Source: an uncultured Candidatus Saccharibacteria bacterium (lineage in GTDB: Bacteria; Patescibacteriota; WWE3; UBA101185; UBA10185). From it: a DNA stretch of 64,000 nt. Shown here piece after piece: positions 59,909 to 64,000 of this stretch (position 1 is the stretch's first letter; every line of letters starts with the position of its first letter). The stretch covers positions 150,619 through 214,618 of the forward strand of contig CAYLVW010000001.1 in the NCBI GenBank assembly GCA_964387275.1, written 5' to 3'. Made by a program: the position numbers and the translations under genes. A model generated the notes under the pieces. It searched no databases, was not told the origin of the DNA, and saw only the letters and a list, made by a program, of their open reading frames with translations.

Positions 59909-61998
59909 GACGTTTTATTATTGAACATAGGCATAAGATAATTGTTTTAACTGCATCAATTATTATTTCATTGTTATTTGTTAGAGTCGTTTTTGCTCCA
60001 GTTTCAAAAAGCGAGTTTTTACTAATAGGGGATCAATTTCTTAGGTTCAGTTTTGCGGAAACGTACAACAATTCTTTTTTTATTTTGAAATCAGAGAATT
60101 TTGGAATACACAACGCGTGGGTATTTGTTGTCCAGTTTTGGGACACAATTTATTTTTATGTTTCCTATCTTTTGGGTTTAAAGTTACTTGAAGCAGAGAA
60201 GTTGCAGTTTTTTACAACAGTGCTAGTAAGTTTAATTTTCTCATATGTAGGTTTCTATAAACTATCTGAAAAATACGACCGGAAAATTAAATATATACCG
60301 TTAGGATTAATATCTTTATGGTATGTTTTTAATCCATACACTCTTACACTGTGGCATGGTGGTGTTTATAATATAGGGCTTGCCCTCACTTACTCACTTG
60401 CTCCACTTGTGTTTTATTATTTAAATAAGATACTTTTTGATACATATAGACGCTTGGATATCTTATTATTGGTTATTCTGATTTTTCTGAGCTCTTTTGT
60501 TTTTTGGGCATTTGCTTCTGTAATATTCTTGTTAATAGTTTACACAATTACAAGGTATTGTTTTGAGCCTAGGTATTTAAAGAGGCTATTATCAAGGGAT
60601 GTAATATTGTTAGTTTTACTTACAATTTCTTCATTAAGTTATATCTTATTTTCACAAGTTTTTGAATTTAGTAGACTAACTGGGTTTGGCAATCCCTTTA
60701 CTTCTCCATCATTTGGAAATCAGCAGGGTGGTTTGTGGTATCAGATTCTGATGTACTTTTCTTGGGGAATATACACCGAATGGGTCCCCCGTACTCTATA
60801 TCCTTTTAATAAGTTCTTTTTTACAAACGAATATATTGTAGCCACTTTGTCTATATACCTACTTATGCTGGCTTCAATAATCAAGAGTTTGCCCAGAAAT
60901 AAGAGACTAATTGTATTCTTGCTAATAACACTTCTTGTAAGTTTATTCTTTGCGAAAGCAGCTCAGCCTCCATTTGGGGAAATATTTATGTTTCTATACA
61001 CAAAGGTACCTTTTTTCGGAGTTTTTAGGAGTGCTGATGCGAGATTTGGCTTAGCCGTAGTGTTGGTTATTGCTTTGCTTCTTAACACTACAAAAGAAAA
61101 AGTAAGTTGGAAATTGTATCTACCAATTATGTTATTCATCATTTTAATTCAGAATAAGCCCGTTATTCAGGGGTACGGTATATATGGTTTAAATGTAGAC
61201 AATAGATTTTATGATCGTATCATAAGTATTCCCGAACAGTATGTTCGTATCTCTGATATTATAAACTCTGATAAAGACCACTTCTATGTGTTATCAGATC
61301 CTCCTATAGTTCAAGGCCACATACTTTTAAACCAAGATAGTCATCATATAGGACAAGATATGCTTTCTAAACTTATTGAAAAACCTATGGTATATATTTC
61401 CACTAATGACACTAGATTACATAGTGATGCCGAGTCCTTACTAAGTAGCATCAAACGCAGTAAAAGGTACGATAAATTCTGGTCTTTACCTATTAAGTAT
61501 TTCTTAGTTCGTAAGGATTTTGTCTGCCAGGATTGTAAATATTTGGATGACATTGAAATGAGTAAGTATTTTGAAAAGTTGTATGTTGGGGATAGCGTAA
61601 TACTTTACAAGAACCCTTACTACACAAGCATCTTTGGGGATACAGTTGATGGTGAGTATATTAATCCAACTAGGTTTTACATAAGTAATGGAGGTTTTGA
61701 TAATCAAGAATTTAATTTTATGCTTACTTATTCAGATGATTGGGTCTTATATAAACTAAATTCTAAGAGAGAGGCTTATTATCCAGATTTGTACTATATG
61801 TTTAAAGATGAGTACAGCTCGCAAACTCATGAAAAGTATTCTGAATATGCTAACAGGTGGCAAATAGATAAGGGAAGTTTTTTAGTATATTACAAGCCTC
61901 AAATCATGTACAAGTTTTTCTTGTATCTAAGTATTACGACAATAGCATGTGTTGCGTTGTTGATTATTTATACCTATATTAATTATAGGAGAAAATAA
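59905..61998 (+). CDS. Large polytopic membrane protein (697 aa), putative GT-C glycosyltransferase. Paralog of 57929..59908.
   Basis: See the previous entry. ATGA overlap with the upstream gene. Confidence 0.5.
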   Translation: MRRFIIEHRHKIIVLTASIIISLLFVRVVFAPVSKSEFLLIGDQFLRFSFAETYNNSFFILKSENFGIHNAWVFVVQFWDTIYFYVSYLLGLKLLEAEKLQFFTTVLVSLIFSYVGFYKLSEKYDRKIKYIPLGLISLWYVFNPYTLTLWHGGVYNIGLALTYSLAPLVFYYLNKILFDTYRRLDILLLVILIFLSSFVFWAFASVIFLLIVYTITRYCFEPRYLKRLLSRDVILLVLLTISSLSYILFSQVFEFSRLTGFGNPFTSPSFGNQQGGLWYQILMYFSWGIYTEWVPRTLYPFNKFFFTNEYIVATLSIYLLMLASIIKSLPRNKRLIVFLLITLLVSLFFAKAAQPPFGEIFMFLYTKVPFFGVFRSADARFGLAVVLVIALLLNTTKEKVSWKLYLPIMLFIILIQNKPVIQGYGIYGLNVDNRFYDRIISIPEQYVRISDIINSDKDHFYVLSDPPIVQGHILLNQDSHHIGQDMLSKLIEKPMVYISTNDTRLHSDAESLLSSIKRSKRYDKFWSLPIKYFLVRKDFVCQDCKYLDDIEMSKYFEKLYVGDSVILYKNPYYTSIFGDTVDGEYINPTRFYISNGGFDNQEFNFMLTYSDDWVLYKLNSKREAYYPDLYYMFKDEYSSQTHEKYSEYANRWQIDKGSFLVYYKPQIMYKFFLYLSITTIACVALLIIYTYINYRRK

Positions 61999-63629
61999 TG
62001 AACATCATTAACTCAATACTTTATATTTACAACGATATGGCTGTTTTATTCGTCGATGCTATAAGACTAAAGTATGGTTATAATCTTTTTCCTTTATTTG
62101 ATCCTACAATAAAGATTTCTGGTATAGATTTTTTAAACTCAGTGTCATTAGTAGTATTGTTTAGAGTTTTTGACCCTGTTGTCGGAGCTAATATTCTTTC
62201 TATTTTTTATTTGTCTATGCTTCTATTTTTTTCGTATAAGCTGTTCTCGTATTTTGATGTTAACAAGTTGCTAGTTATAGTATTTTCTGTTACTAACACT
62301 TTTAGTATCTACATGCTTTATAGGATTATATCTTTCACTCCAAATATCTATCAGGTTTTTTTCTTTCCCCTTGTCTTATTGTTACTACTTAAAAATAAAT
62401 TAAGTCCGCTTAAACTAGGATTAGTAGTTTTTTTGTTTTTTGCTTCCAGTCTTTATAATGGGTACTACTCCTTCTGGTTAATAATTTTTTGGTGGTTATC
62501 AGAGTTAATTTATTCTCTTTTGTTAAAGAAAGGGGAGTGCCTACCTGCTGTTAAATCTTTTATAGCAAAAGTTCTATTATTTTCTTTCCCCTTACTATTG
62601 ATGGGGGGCATAGCTTTTGGATCTTTGGCCATCAAAACCCTACCTTTCTTGGCCAAATTTGATAAGAGCCCTCAAAATAAAGTCATTACTAATACCCCAG
62701 GTGCCTATAGGCCTATTGAAAATTTCTATAACCTTACATTTAGGCCATGGTATTTTGTTATACCTCCAAAGAACTCATTATTTTTTGGCGATTTTTCTAA
62801 AAATACATATAAAGCCATTGAAGGTACAGGGTACTATCTTGCAAATGACTATACTGAGGAGGAAGCGGCCGGGAGTTTCATTGGGTGGCATATGTTACTT
62901 GGGGTATTTTTAGCCTTTGGGATACTATTGTTTGGCAATAAATACAGTCTATTTTTTCCAACACTTTTTAATTATAAGCAGGTGGTTTTTAAGGCATTAT
63001 TGTCTATTTTCCTCATATTCCTTATCTCAGGACCTCCTTCTTTTACGGTAAATGGCTTTACATTTTACACCCCTTCTTACTTACTATATTTTGTTTTGCC
63101 AATATTCCGTACTTTAGTAAGATTCTCATCTATAATTTTTATGTTAGTTTTGGTAATCAATATTTTTTTGTATAACGATTTATTATTTCACATTAGAAGT
63201 AAGGTTCTAAAGTTTTTAGTTTTTTTTCTTCTGATTACAATGAACTTTATTTTCTTTGCAATAAAACTTCCGGTTATAGATATAAATAAACCGCCTAAAG
63301 AATTCGCAACTATAAAGCTCCTACCTGAGAATTCAATGGTTGCTGTTTATCCAAAAGCCGATTATAAATCCATGTTTTGGACATCCTACACCAGGGTCAA
63401 ACTAGCAAATCCTAATGGTTTTATTAATCTAAATAGTGGATTTAGTTCTGATTCTTTTACAAAAAGACTAACTACACAAGGCGGCATTGATGAAGGTAAG
63501 TTATTAGGTATAACACATATACTTTATTACAGGGACAATGGCTTACCTGAAACAGAGGCTTTATTCAAGAAAAATGCATCAGAAATTATTGATATCGATA
63601 CAAGCTATGTTATCTACAAGATTAACTAA
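61998..63629 (+). CDS. Large polytopic membrane protein (543 aa) with a C-terminal soluble domain, possibly a third member of the same GT-C-like group.
   Basis: At least 10 TM segments in the N-terminal 420 aa. Its start overlaps the upstream stop by 1 nt (TAATG). Confidence 0.45.
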   Translation: MNIINSILYIYNDMAVLFVDAIRLKYGYNLFPLFDPTIKISGIDFLNSVSLVVLFRVFDPVVGANILSIFYLSMLLFFSYKLFSYFDVNKLLVIVFSVTNTFSIYMLYRIISFTPNIYQVFFFPLVLLLLLKNKLSPLKLGLVVFLFFASSLYNGYYSFWLIIFWWLSELIYSLLLKKGECLPAVKSFIAKVLLFSFPLLLMGGIAFGSLAIKTLPFLAKFDKSPQNKVITNTPGAYRPIENFYNLTFRPWYFVIPPKNSLFFGDFSKNTYKAIEGTGYYLANDYTEEEAAGSFIGWHMLLGVFLAFGILLFGNKYSLFFPTLFNYKQVVFKALLSIFLIFLISGPPSFTVNGFTFYTPSYLLYFVLPIFRTLVRFSSIIFMLVLVINIFLYNDLLFHIRSKVLKFLVFFLLITMNFIFFAIKLPVIDINKPPKEFATIKLLPENSMVAVYPKADYKSMFWTSYTRVKLANPNGFINLNSGFSSDSFTKRLTTQGGIDEGKLLGITHILYYRDNGLPETEALFKKNASEIIDIDTSYVIYKIN

Positions 63630-63644
63630 TGGTACACTAAAATA

Positions 63645-64000
63645 GTGATAGAAATCCTAAGAACTAATAATGTAATAATCCCAATTGTAACCATTATTAT
63701 TGTTGTGATTCTTTCAATAGTAAATACTTCGATTTTTAATAAAATTAGGGTATTTACTATGGTGCTTGCTGGCTCTGCACTACTATACGGATTACAAACA
63801 ATCTCTGTGTTTTTGATGATGCTTTTTGTAGTGTCCGTGTTGCACTACATTTCAACTTACAATATTCGAAGTAAGACTTTACTCTTACTGGCACTTTTTT
63901 CTCTATTATTATCTGTGATACTGTATTTTACTTCATATTATGAAGCTTCTTTGTTTGTTATTGAATTATTTGTAGTAACCTTAATTTTATTAGTATATAA
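63645..64000 (+). CDS. 3'-truncated ORF encoding the N-terminus of another polytopic membrane protein (polymerase or ligase/Wzy-like, or another GT-C, is possible).
   Basis: The frame is open from the GTG at 63645 (or ATG 63759) to the window end. The translation is strongly hydrophobic. It is not in the ORF track because no stop falls within the window. Confidence 0.35.
   Translation, partial: MIEILRTNNVIIPIVTIIIVVILSIVNTSIFNKIRVFTMVLAGSALLYGLQTISVFLMMLFVVSVLHYISTYNIRSKTLLLLALFSLLLSVILYFTSYYEASLFVIELFVVTLILLVY

Noticed and set aside
1-64000. CRISPR arrays, IS elements, integrases, toxin-antitoxin or defence modules
   Set aside because: No regularly spaced direct repeats, no transposase, integrase or recombinase-like ORFs, and no terminal inverted repeats bounding the glycan island were seen. 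The island boundary at ~27.2 kb has no obvious att-like repeat.

Overview
This window comes from a low-GC bacterium with a compact genome and holds two very different regions. Positions ~2.9 to 26 kb carry the conserved rpoB-rpoC / str / S10 / spc ribosomal supercluster: rpoB, rpoC, rpsL, rpsG, fusA, tuf, rpsJ, rplC, rplD, rplW, rplB, rpsS, rplV, rpsC, rplP, rpmC, rpsQ, rplN, rplX, rplE, rpsZ, rpsH, rplF, rplR, rpsE, rplO, secY, adk and map. All are on the + strand and most are tightly packed. Several departures from the textbook layout are visible. The region upstream of rpoB has no rplL and instead carries surface-protein genes. rpmD (L30) is absent between rpsE and rplO. A small YbaB-like ORF sits between secY and adk. 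A canonical-looking intrinsic terminator lies between rpsJ and rplC. The cluster ends after map, with no infA-rpmJ-rpsM-rpsK-rpoA-rplQ. Together with the short rpoB and rpoC, this gene content looks like a Patescibacteria (Candidate Phyla Radiation, CPR)-type organism, but that is an inference. The first 2.6 kb encodes three surface or secreted proteins, including an adjacent dockerin-like / cohesin-like pair. From ~27.2 kb to the window end there is a >36 kb island of about 30 genes, nearly all on the + strand, devoted to a lipid-linked glycan pathway. It contains three Dpm1/Ppm1-like GT2 enzymes (polyprenyl-phosphate-sugar synthases), one of them fused to GtrA. It contains at least eight large polytopic membrane proteins, arranged as two tandem paralog sets, of which two or three carry the DE/(K)PPL motifs of ArnT/PMT-type GT-C enzymes. 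It also holds a UDP-Glc dehydrogenase, a fused Gmd-Fcl (GDP-mannose to GDP-fucose in one polypeptide) and two MOP/Wzx-like flippases. The remaining genes are an LPG-synthase-TM/UPF0104 protein, several GT4 and GT2 transferases, a CgeB-like transferase, four SAM methyltransferases (one tandem two-domain, one CmcI-type) and a hexapeptide acetyltransferase. The inferred product is a methylated, acetylated, deoxyhexose/uronic-acid-containing extracytoplasmic glycan or glycoconjugate. Its acceptor, whether protein, lipid or wall polymer, cannot be determined from sequence. No rRNA, tRNA, CRISPR array or obvious mobile element was seen.
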